In this document: positions 21,380-30,427 of the stretch, piece after piece
Layout of the letters: each line of letters opens with the position of its first letter
Numbering within the stretch: position 1 is the stretch's first letter
Assembly: GCA_963709635.1 (NCBI GenBank)
Contig: CAVPXA010000023.1
Coordinates: 20,602 to 84,601, forward strand
Direction: 5' to 3'
From: an uncultured Thermoleophilia bacterium
GTDB taxonomy: Bacteria > Actinomycetota > Thermoleophilia > UBA2241
DNA length: 64,000 bases
Translations under genes and position numbers: made by a program
The notes under the pieces: generated by a model
Database searches by the model: none
What the model was told of the DNA's origin: nothing
Seen by the model: the letters and a program-made list of their open reading frames with translations, nothing else

Positions 21380-22730
21380 TCAGACCCCTTCGACGCTCGA
21401 GAGCACGCGCTCGAACCGCTCGAGCGCGTCGTCGATCACCTCGTCGGTGTCGGCCATCGACGTGTACATCCGGGAGCCGGCCAGCGTGATGAGGCCGTTG
21501 GCGGCATAGGCCGCGCCCATCTCCTCCATCATGTGCTTGCGCGGCTTCATCTGCTTCGCGAAGCGGACGGGATGCTTGAGGTCGAGCAGCATCACGCCCG
21601 AGGTCTCGAGGTGGACGATCGAGCCCTGGTTGTAGGCGACGAAGGGCAGGTCGTACTTCTCGATGATGCGCGTCGAGGCCGGCGGTGAGCCTGTCTCCGG
21701 CCATGCCCGGCCAGCACCGGGCGCGCCCGTGCGCTCCATCTCGGTGATGGCGAAGTAGCCGGCGGCGCAGCTCAGCGGGTTGGCGCTCAGCGTGCCGCCG
21801 ATGTAGGCGCGCTCGCCGGTCTTGCCGCCGATGCCGCTGGCGAAGCTCGCCATCACGTCGCGGCGGCCGCCCACCCCGCCGGCCATCGGGTAGCCGCCGG
21901 TGATGCACTTGCCGAAGATGGTGAGGTCGGGGCGCACGCCGTAGTACCCCTGCGCCCCGCCCAGCCCGAGCCGGAACCCGGTGACGACCTCGTCGAAGAT
22001 GAGCAGCGCGCCGAACTCGTCGCAGAGCTCGCGCACGGCGGCGTTGAAGCCGAACGGCACCGGCCGGGTGCCGCTCTCCGGCCCGACCGGCTCGACGATC
22101 ACCGCCGCCGTGCCGCCCATCCGCTGGTTCTGCTTGAGCTTCCTGCGCAGCGCGTCGAGGTCGTTGGGGAAGAACTCGCGCGTCCTCGCCGTGGCGCCGA
22201 ACGGGATGCCCTTGGCCTCGAACCGCCAGGTGCCGGGCACGTGCAGGCCGTAGACCATCTGGTCGCTCCAGCCGTGGTACGCGCCGCCGACCTTGACCAC
22301 CCACTTGTTGCCGGTGAAGGTGCGCGCGCCGCGGATCGGCGGCCATCACGCTCTCCGTGCCGGAGCCGAGCATGCGGAACATCTCGACCGACGGCATGAG
22401 GCGGTTGACCAGCTCGGCCAGCTTGAGCTCGTACTCGTGGAACAGCCCGGTGACCGGGCCGGACTCCTCGACGACCTCGGCCACCTGCCGCCGGAGAGGC
22501 TCGTAGTTGCTGCCGAGGACCGTGGGGCCGCCGGCCTGCAGGAAGTCGATGTACTCGTTGCCGTCCAGGTCCCACAGGTGGGCGCCCTCGGCCTTGCGCA
22601 TCGCCAGGGGGAACGGGTAGTTGAAGGCGAGGTTGTGCTGGACGCCGCCGGGGATGAGCTCCATGGCGGCGTCGGTGAGCTCCTTGCTGCGGCCGCAGCT
22701 CTCGTCGAACCAGGCGAGGACGCCGTCCAT
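21380..22730 (-). pseudogene. class III aminotransferase (glutamate-1-semialdehyde aminomutase-like), frameshifted
   Basis: MDGVLAWFDESCGRSKELTDAAMELIPGGVQHN...GSGTESVMAA, then a shift near 22338-22342 into ORF 21380..22300 (IRGARTFTGNKWVVKVGGAYHGWSD...LLIFDEVVTGFR...). Length is 1351 nt = 3n+1. A possibly compensated scrambled stretch lies at about 21690-21740. Confidence 0.8.
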
Positions 22731-23689
22731 GGCGTCGCGGCGGAGCGGGCGGAGCGGCTGCGTGACCAGCGCGTCGAGCCGCTCGTAGACGGCCGGGACG
22801 TCCGGGTAGCGGCTGATCGCGTAGCCGGCGAGCTGGGCGCCGGCAGGGCCGGCCTGACGGCCGGGGCCGGCCGGCGCAGCCCCGTCGGCCTTCGTGACCG
22901 CAGCATCCGGCGCCGGCGCGGGCTCGCCTGCGGCCGCCCGCGCCGCGGCGTCCGCATCCGCCGCGCGCTCCTCCTCGCGGGCGCGCAGCGTCGGCCGCCT
23001 CGCGCGCCGGCGCGCGCCTCCTCCACCTGCCGCGCGAGCTCCTTCTCGTCCTTGCGCAGCTTGTTGAAGGCGACCTCGCGGATGGGCAGCGGCACCTTCT
23101 CCGCGCGGCCGTCGGTGAGCAGCGCGAGCAGGTAGTCGAGCGCGACCTTCTCGAGCAGCGCCATGTTGTGCACGGCCTGCTCGGCGCTGCCGCCCAGCAC
23201 CAGCACCCCGTGGTTCTCGAGGATGAACGCGTTGGCGCCGCTGCCGACCTTCTTCGTCACGTTCTTCTTGAGGAACCCCGTCCCCGACGGGGCGTACGGG
23301 ACCAGGTCCACCGAGCGGCCGAGGTAGCGCACCTGTTCGTCGAACAGGGCGGGGATCGGCCGCTCCATCAGCGCGAGCGCGCTCGCGTACGGCTGGTGCG
23401 TGTGGATGATGACGCTCACGTCGTCGCGCAACTCATACACGGCGGCGTGCATCGACGACTCGATCGACGCCTTCTTCTGGCCCAGGATGTGGCGCCCGTC
23501 GAGCCCGAGCACGCAGATGTCGCCGGGCTCCATCTTGCCGTAGTCGTAGCTGGACGGCGTGATCGCGTAGGAGTCCTCGCCCGGCACACGCACGGAGACG
23601 TTGCCCTCGGTCGCCTTGAGGTAGCCGCGGTCGAGCAGCGTGCGGCAGACCTCGACCACGAGTTCGCGCGACGGGCCGTAGTGGCTCAT
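22731..23689 (-). CDS. class II aldolase/adducin-family domain plus Ala/Arg/Glu-rich linker; no stop before the aminotransferase (probable fusion, frame-shifted in the linker)
   Basis: ATG 23689 (MSHYGPSRELVVEVCRTLLDRGYLKATEGNVSVR...IIHTHQPYASALA...ILENHGVLVLG). After about 215 aa the reading enters a low-complexity linker. The minus strand has no stop codon in any frame between 23100 and 22731. The aldolase's own frame only terminates at 22346. Confidence 0.6.
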
Positions 23690-23694
23690 GGGTG

Positions 23695-24089
23695 TCAGAC
23701 CTCCACGACGACGAGAGCGATGGTGGCGACCGCGAGGACGACGCTGAAGATGGTCAGCGCCCAGATCTCCCAGAAGTCGGTGGGCACGGGCTTGTCGGCC
23801 GTGAGGGCGCTCCGGATGCGCTGGGCGCGGTACGCGCCGAGGAGGAGCACGAAGACGCCGAGCAGGCCGTAGCCGGCGCCGAGCACGCCGAACGCGGTGT
23901 GGTCGGCGTCGACGAGCGCCGGCAGCAGCCTGCCGACGGCGAGTGAGAGTCCCAGAGCACCGAGCGCCGTCCGCAGCCAGGCCAGGTAGGTGCGCTCTGC
24001 CGCGAGCCAGGTACGGCGCGGCGCCGAGTCCTTGAGCCCCGCGCCCTCTGTCCCGCGTCCTCTGTCGCTCGGTCCTCCATCCCCAGCAT
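23695..24089 (-). pseudogene. DUF202 (YidH-like) membrane protein, frameshifted
   Basis: ATG 24089 (MLGMEDRATEDAGQRAR), then GLKDSAPRRTWLAAERTYLAWLRTALGALGLSLAV...VLGAGYGLLGVFVLLLGAYRAQR in the frame of ORF 23695..23886. A 1-nt loss sits at CCCC 24037-24040. Length is 395 nt = 3n-1. Confidence 0.7.
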
Positions 24090-24178
24090 TCTAATCCACG
24101 CCGATACGGCGGCGGCTCACGGCGGCGCCCGAGTCGGTGCGGGAGTGTGCCGGTGTCGCGGCACAGCACTCTCCTGGC

Positions 24179-24252
24179 GTATCTCACGTCGTAGATACAC
24201 TCCGGCCACACCACGGCGGTCACCGCCCTCCTAGTATCTCCGTTGTAGATAC
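24179..24252. promoter_or_regulatory. two near-identical palindromic operator-like sites
   Basis: GTATCTCACGTCGTAGATAC at 24179-24198 and GTATCTCCGTTGTAGATAC at 24234-24252. Centres are about 55 bp apart, 90-160 nt upstream of the DUF202/aldolase operon start (24089). Confidence 0.55.
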
Positions 24253-24383
24253 GCTTTTCGAAGACGTCTCCGCGCCACCTGATCCGCCGGGCGACGAGCA
24301 GCAGCGTGGTGCCGCTCCCGTGGCGCCGGCCTGGGTCGCGGCGCCGGGAGCCGGCTCGGACCGCGGGGACGCTGCGGCGCTCG

Positions 24384-25511
24384 TCAGGCGCCCAGAGACC
24401 GCAGGTACGCGGAGACGGCCGCCAGCCCGCCCTCGAGCACGTCGCGGGCGCTCGCGTAGCCGAGGCGGAACGCGTGCTCTTCGCCGAAGGCGGCGCCCGG
24501 CATGACGAAGGCGCCGTTGAAGTCGAAGAGCCCCTGGCAGAAGTCCACCGACGGGACGTCGAGGTCGTAGTGGACCAGAGCGATGGTGCCGGCGCGCGGG
24601 CGGACGTACCGCAGGTGCGGCTCCCGCGCGATCCACTCGTCGACGACCGCCAGGTTGTCGCGCACGATGCCGAGGCTGCGCTCGAGCACCGCGTCGATGT
24701 GCTCGAGCGCCACGGCCGCGAGGGCGTCGTCGAGCACACCGGCGCTGATCGTCGTGTAGTCGCGCACGTCGAGGCAGCGCTGCACGACCTCCGCCGGCCC
24801 GGCCACCCAGCCGGTGCGCAGGCCGGCCAGCGAGTAGCTCTTGCTCATGCTCCCGCTGCTCACGCCCTTCTCGTAGAGGTCGGCCACCGACGGCGCCGTG
24901 GTCCCCGGCTCGTGCTCGAGCTTGCGGTAGACCTCGTCGCAGAACAGCCACGCGTCGCGCTCGCGCGCCACCTCCACGATCTCCCGGAGCAGCGGCTCGT
25001 CGATGAGCGCGCCGGTCGGGTTGTTGGGGTTGTTCAGCACGATCAGCGTGGTCCGGTCGTCGGTCGCGGCCCGGATGGCGTCGACGTCCGGGAGATAGCC
25101 GTCCTCCTCCCGCAGCCGCACGACGTGGACGTCCGCGCCGAGCGACTCCGGCACCGAGAAGAGCTGCTGGTAGGTGGGCTGGACGCTGACCACGGTGGTG
25201 CCCGGCTCCACCAGCGCGTAGAGGGCGAGGAAGTTGGCGCCGATCGCGCCGTTGGCGGTGAGGACGTTGTCGGCGGTGATGCGCTCGCCGTACAGCGCCG
25301 CGATGGCGGCGCGCAGCCGCGGCGAGCCCACGATGTCCCCGTAGCCCAGCCAGGTCTCGCGGAGGCGACGCAGCACGCCGTCGGCGTCGCCGCTCAGCTC
25401 GAGCAGCTGGTCCAGCGTGAGCGAGTGCACGCAGGTCTCGGCGATGTTCCAGGTGGCCGTCGTCTCGTGGGCGTTCATCCACTGCTCGACCAAGAACGGT
25501 TCGATGCGCAC
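24384..25511 (-). CDS. class I/II PLP-dependent aminotransferase
   Basis: Intact ORF. GTG 25511 is preceded by GGAGG. Motifs: LNNPNNPTG and the PLP-lysine region SGSMSKSYSLAGLRTGW. Confidence 0.8.
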   Translation of the reverse strand: MRIEPFLVEQWMNAHETTATWNIAETCVHSLTLDQLLELSGDADGVLRRLRETWLGYGDIVGSPRLRAAIAALYGERITADNVLTANGAIGANFLALYALVEPGTTVVSVQPTYQQLFSVPESLGADVHVVRLREEDGYLPDVDAIRAATDDRTTLIVLNNPNNPTGALIDEPLLREIVEVARERDAWLFCDEVYRKLEHEPGTTAPSVADLYEKGVSSGSMSKSYSLAGLRTGWVAGPAEVVQRCLDVRDYTTISAGVLDDALAAVALEHIDAVLERSLGIVRDNLAVVDEWIAREPHLRYVRPRAGTIALVHYDLDVPSVDFCQGLFDFNGAFVMPGAAFGEEHAFRLGYASARDVLEGGLAAVSAYLRSLGA

Positions 25512-25643
25512 GCGGAGCCTCCGGGATGGGGCCGGCCGCCGCGGCGGCCGCAGGTGTGGGACCGCCACATCGTCGCGCCTGGAGCGGGCGAGGGCAAGCG
25601 GCGGTCCCGGTCGCGAGGGGCGCCGCTGTAGACTCGCAGCTCA

Positions 25644-26304
25644 ATGACGGACTACATCACCCCGCGAGCAGGCGCGACGCTTCTACGACCGGATCGGCCG
25701 TGGGCAGGACGCGCGGCCGCTCAGCGAGCGCCGCGCGCTCGACGCGCTCGCGGAGCAGGGCGACTTCGCCCGGGCCGAGGCGGTCGTCGAGTTCGGCTGC
25801 GGCACGGGCAGGTTCGCCGCCCGGCTGCTGCGCGAGCGCCTGCCGGGCGGCGCGACGTACGTCGGTCTCGACGTGAGCCCGCGGATGGTCACGCTCGCGA
25901 GCGCGGCCCTGGCGCCCTGGGCGGACCGCGCGCGCGTCCTGCTCACGGACGGCGCCATCCGGCTGCCCGTGCCGGACGGCTCGGCCGACCGGGTCGTGAG
26001 CACCTACGTCCTCGACCTCCTGAGCCCCGAGGACGGCGCCGCGTTCGTCGCCGAGGCGCACCGGGTGCTGCGGCCCGGAGGAGCGCTCGCCCTGGCGAGC
26101 CTCACTCCGGGCCACACGCCGCCGGCGCGCGCCGTCACCCGCCTCTGGGAGGGCGTCTGGCGGGTGCGCCCCGCGCTGCTCGGCGGGTGCCGCCCGCTCC
26201 CTCTCGGCGGACTTCTCGACCCGGACGACTGGTCCGTGACGGCCCACTTCCCCGTCACGGACTGGTTCCTCAGCTCCGACGTCCTGGTCGCGCGCCGTCG
26301 CTGA
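25644..26304 (+). pseudogene. class I SAM-dependent methyltransferase, frameshifted near the start
   Basis: ATG 25644 (MTDYIT), then REQARRFYDRIG...VVEFGCGTGRFAARLL...YVGLDVSPRMV...LRPGGALAL in the next frame. An extra C sits in CCCC 25660-25663. Length is 661 nt = 3n+1. Confidence 0.8.
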
Positions 26305-26342
26305 GCGCGTGTAGGCTTCGGCGAGACGACGAGGGAGCGCCG

Positions 26343-27766
26343 ATGGACACCAACGAGTTCCGCAGCCTTGGCCACGAGCTGGTCGACTGGATCGCCGACT
26401 ACCGCGAGGGCATCGGCGATCTGCCGGTGATGAGCCGCGTGCAGCCGGGCGAGGTGGCGGCGCTGCTGCCCGCCGAGCCGCCGCAGACCGGCGGCGACCT
26501 CGCAGGCATCGTCGCCGACCTCGACCGCATCGTCATGCCCGGGATCACGCACTGGAACCACCCCGGGTTCCTCGCCTACTTCCCCAGCAACAGCGACCTC
26601 TCGTCGGTGCTCGCCGACCTCGTCTCGTCCGGGCTCGGCGTGCAGGGGATGAGCTGGCTCACCAGCCCGGCGGCCACCGAGGTCGAGGACGTGGTGATGG
26701 AGTGGCTGCGCCAGATGGTGGACCTGCCGGACACGTTCACCGGGGTGATCGAGGACACGGCCAGCACCTCGACGTTCACGGCGCTGCTCTGCGCGCGGGA
26801 GCGGACATCGGGGTTCAGCCAGAACCGCGGCGGCCTGCAGGCGGAGGACGCGCCGCTGGTGGTGTACGCCAGCGACCAGGCGCACAGCTCGATCCCCAAG
26901 GCGGCGCTCCTCGCCGGGTTCGGGAGCGAGCACCTGCGCCTCATCGAGACGGACCTGGAGCACGCGCTCAGGCTGGACCTGCTGGAGCGCGCCGTCGAGG
27001 ACGACCTGGCGGCCGGGCGCCGGCCCTGCGCCGTGGTCGCCGCGGTCGGCACGACCGCGACCACGGCGCTCGACCCGGTGGCCGGCATCGCCGACCTCTG
27101 CGAGCGCCACGGCATGTGGCTGCACGTCGACGCCGCCCTCGCCGGCACGGCGATGATCTGCCCCGAGTACCGCTGGATGTGGGAGGGCGTCGAGCGCGCC
27201 GACTCCGTCGTCTTCAACCCGCACAAGTGGATGGGCACCGGGTTCGACCTCTCCGCCTACTACGTCCGCGACCCGGAGCACCTCGTGCGCGTGATGAGCA
27301 CCGAACCCGAGCTACCTGCGCACCGCCCACGACGACGTGGTGCGCAACCTGCGCGACTGGGGCATCCCCCTGGGCCGCCGCTTCCGCGCGCTCAAGCTGT
27401 GGTTCCTGCTGCGCGAGCACGGCGTGGAGGGGCTGCAGGCGCGCGTGCGCCGCGACATCGGCAACGCCGAGTGGCTGGCGGACCAGGTCGTCGCGGCGCC
27501 GGAGTGGGAACTGCTCGCGCCGGCGCCGCTCCAGACCGTGTGCCTGCGGCACGTGCCGCCGGCGATCGCCGGCGACGAGGACGCGCTCGCCGCGCACAAC
27601 GCGGCCGATCGTCGAGCGTGTCAACGCCGAGGGCCGCTTCTTCTACGGCACCTCCGTGCTCAAGGGCAGGCTGATCCAGCGCGCCTCCGTCGGGACGCAG
27701 GCCACCGAACGCGCGGACGTGGAGGCCTTCTGGGCGGCGCTGCAGGAGACCGCCGCCGCCGTCTGA
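26343..27766 (+). pseudogene. group II PLP decarboxylase (aromatic-L-amino-acid decarboxylase-like), two frameshifts
   Basis: MDTNEFRSLGHELVDWIADY...THWNHPGFLAYFP...ASTSTFTALL...FNPHKWMGTGFD. Shift near 27309 (TEP-SYLRTAHDDVVRNLRDWGIPLGRRFRALKLWF). Second shift near 27606 (AHNAA-IVERVNAEGRFFYGTSVLKG). TGA at 27764-27766. Length = 3n+2. Confidence 0.85.
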
Positions 27767-27827
27767 CGCCGCCGGCCCCGCCGGGCACGCCTGCGGCGGC
27801 CCGGTCAGACCCGGCCCGTACGCGGAC

Positions 27828-27863
27828 GGAGGCCGCGCCCCCGCTGCGGCGGGCGCGGCCTCC
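27828..27863. terminator. 13-bp perfect GC hairpin between convergent genes
   Basis: GGAGGCCGCGCCC (27828-27840), a 10-nt loop, GGGCGCGGCCTCC (27851-27863), followed by GTCCTCT. It lies between the decarboxylase stop (27766) and the oxidase stop (27878). Confidence 0.6.
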
Positions 27864-27877
27864 GTCCTCTCATGCGC

Positions 27878-30055
27878 TCACAAGGGCTGCGTGCTGAGCG
27901 GGGTGGCCACGGGGGCCTGCCCGACCCGGAACGGCCGCATCATCTCGTTGTCCTCGTGCTCGAGGATGTGGCAGTGCCAGACGAAGAGCCCGGCGAGGGT
28001 GAACCTCGCCTTGACCCGCGTCAGCTCGCCCGGGTAGACGATGACGGTGTCCTTGTAGCCGGTCTCCCAGGCCTCGGGCTTGATGACCGCACCCTCGCCC
28101 GAGCATGCCGTGCGGCGACATCATCGGGTCGGTGACCACGCGCCGCTGCACCTGGAACTGCACCTGGTGGATGTGGATCGGGTGCGCGTCCATGGTGAAG
28201 TTGCGGATGTTCCAGGCCTCGACGGCGCCCACCGCCGGGTTCTCGGTCACCGCGTCCATCCACATCATCGGCATCGGCATGCCCATCGGGTCACCGGGCA
28301 TCTCCATCCACGTGCCCAGCGCGGCCTCCTGCGGGCCGAACGGCGCACCCGTCGGGTCGAGGACCACGTTGCCGTCGTCGTCCTCGGTCGCCTTGACCGT
28401 GGCCGAGTCGAGCTCGTTGAGGCTCACGTCGCGCACCACGCTGGCCCTGCGGCAGCCGCTTGATGGCCGGCAGCCTGAGGTCGCGCGGCTTCGCGCTGGT
28501 GTCGCGCGAGGTGGCCTTGCCGACGCGGAACTGCATCACCTGGCCGGTGGTGCCCGGGTCGGACGGCTCGAACTCCTCGCCGACCTCGCCGCCGCCGAAC
28601 GGCTCGTCCGGCCCGAGGTTGTGCAGGACGATCCGCGTGCCCGCGCTTGACCTTGCTGAAGTCGACGATCACGTCGGCGCGCTCCGCCGGCGCGATGAGC
28701 AGCTCCTTCAGCCTGACCGGCTTGGGCAGGTACCCGCCCTCGCTGCCGATCTGCGTGAAGGGCATGCCGTTGCTCATCTTGAGGATCAGGAACCGGGACT
28801 GGGCGCCGTTCAGCAGCCGGAAGCGGTAGCGCCGCTGCTCGACGTTCAGATACGGCCAGGTCTTGCCGTTCACGACCATGGTGTTGCCGAAGAACTCGGG
28901 GATCCACTGCGGCGAGATGTCGCTCATCTCGCCGTCCAGCGCCATGTCGGGGGTGAACGGGATGCGGAGCTCGGGCGCGCCGGGGAACTGCGGCGACTGC
29001 CCCGGCACGTTCAGGCCCTCGAAGAAGGCGCGGTTGTCCGGATAGTACAGCGAGCCGTCGGCGTTGAAGGAGCGGTCCTGGATCGCGATCGGGATCTCGC
29101 GGTACTTGGTCCCGGGCTTGTCCCCACGCTGCGGAGCGGGCTTCGGCAGCTTGGCGGCCACCTTGTCGCCGTCCTTGCGCAGCAGGTAGAACCCGGCCGG
29201 GCCGGCGTAGACGTTGACGCGCGTCATGCCGAGCGAGTGGTCGTGGTACCAGAGCGTGGTGGCCCGCTGGTCGTTCGGGTACTGGAACACGGCCGAGCCG
29301 GGCTCCCAGGTCTGGCCCTGCCTGGCCTCGGCCTTCTGCTTGAACTGCTCGTAGAACGTGCCGCCGGAGGCGTAGCCGGCCGGGATGTTGTTGGCCGCCG
29401 GCAGGTACCAGGCCTCCGGATAGCCGTCGCTGTCCTCGGTGGTGTGGGCTCCGTGCACGTGCGTCACGATCGGCACGGGGCCGGTGTAGGGCATCCCGTC
29501 CATCCCGTGCGTGTCGGTGCCGCCCGGGCCGCCGGCAGGGTTGGCCCAGTGCAGCGTCTGGTCGACGGCGAAGAGGTGCGGCAGGTAGCTCGCCGCTCTC
29601 ATCCACCAGGCCGTTGATCCACTTCACGCGCACCGGCCTGTCCCGCTTGGCCTCGATCGTCAGGGCCGGGTAGTTGAGCGTCCCGCCCTCGGCGACCGGC
29701 CGGGGGTCGACCATGGACCCGTAGCTCCACACGGTGGTCGGCCCGATGGCGTTGGTCTGCGACCAGCCCATCGGGAGGATGTACTGCTCGAACTGCTTGA
29801 CGGCGATCTCGTAGTAGTCGACCCGCTTGCCCTTGGAGTTGATCACCTGCGTGCGCGGCATGGCCGGCGGGATCACCAGGGCCTCCTGGTACTTGGGGAT
29901 GGTGGCCGGGTCGAGAGAACCCCCGGGGAGTGGGACCGCCTGCGCCGGAGTGGCGGTGACGGCGAGGACGAACAGGACTGAGCGACGAAGGCGAGCATGA
30001 GCCCGAAGATGAGCCGCCAGGTGGCTCTTGGGTCCTCGCCGAGCAGGGTCTTCAT
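27878..30055 (-). pseudogene. multicopper oxidase (CotA/bilirubin-oxidase-like), five frameshifts
   Basis: ATG 30055 with AGGAGGA 6 nt upstream. Signal peptide MKTLLGEDPRATWRLIFGLMLAFVAQS. Copper motifs THVHG, TLWYHDHSLGMT, HPIHIHQVQF and WHCHILEHEDNEMM. Following them needs frame changes near 29973, 29603, 28640-28642, 28440 and 28098-28100. Confidence 0.85.
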
Positions 30056-30169
30056 CTTGCTTCCTCCTGCGTGACGTCCGCTCCCCGGCGGACGGTTCTG
30101 AGAAGGGAGTGCGGCGCACTCCCCTCGCTGGCAAGCGATATCGGAGAGCCTACCCACCGGCGCGCCGCC

Positions 30170-30206
30170 ATTCACAATAAAACATATGCAATTTGTCATA
30201 TTTATC
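30170..30206. promoter_or_regulatory. AT-rich island with short inverted repeat in the divergent oxidase / coiled-coil-protein intergenic region
   Basis: ATTCACAATAAAACATATGCAATTTGTCATATTTATC is the most AT-rich stretch I noticed in the window. ATATG (30184-30188) pairs with CATAT (30197-30201). It lies 115-150 nt from the oxidase start and 220-260 nt from the plus-strand gene. Confidence 0.45.
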
Positions 30207-30427
30207 GCCGGAGACGAGCCGGGCGGTCGCTCACCGGCCGCGGTCCGCGGCTCGCCGGAGCGACGGTTCGCGCCGCGGCGCGCCGGCCGCTACCCTCTGG
30301 GGAGAGGGATTCGCGCCCGCGGCGCGAAGCCTCCCGTACAGGCCGGTGCGCAGCGCCGGCCTGTCCAGCGGTCAAGGAGCGCCCGGCCGGGCCGATACCC
30401 GTACCAGTGAGCGCGCAGGACGGCGAG

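Noticed and set aside
30140-30405. CsoR/RicR-type copper operator near the multicopper oxidase (TACCC half-sites at about 30151, 30292 and 30396)
   Set aside because: Only isolated TACCC half-sites are present. I found no TACCC-N5-GGGTA palindrome.
30210-30427. ydaO/c-di-AMP riboswitch upstream of the coiled-coil cell-wall-type protein
   Set aside because: The context is suggestive. However, I could not find the conserved ydaO core elements I remember (GAAUCC-type bulges, GGGGACCCA, ACCCGAACCCGACAGCUAAC-like 3' segment). I kept it only as an unassigned structured leader.
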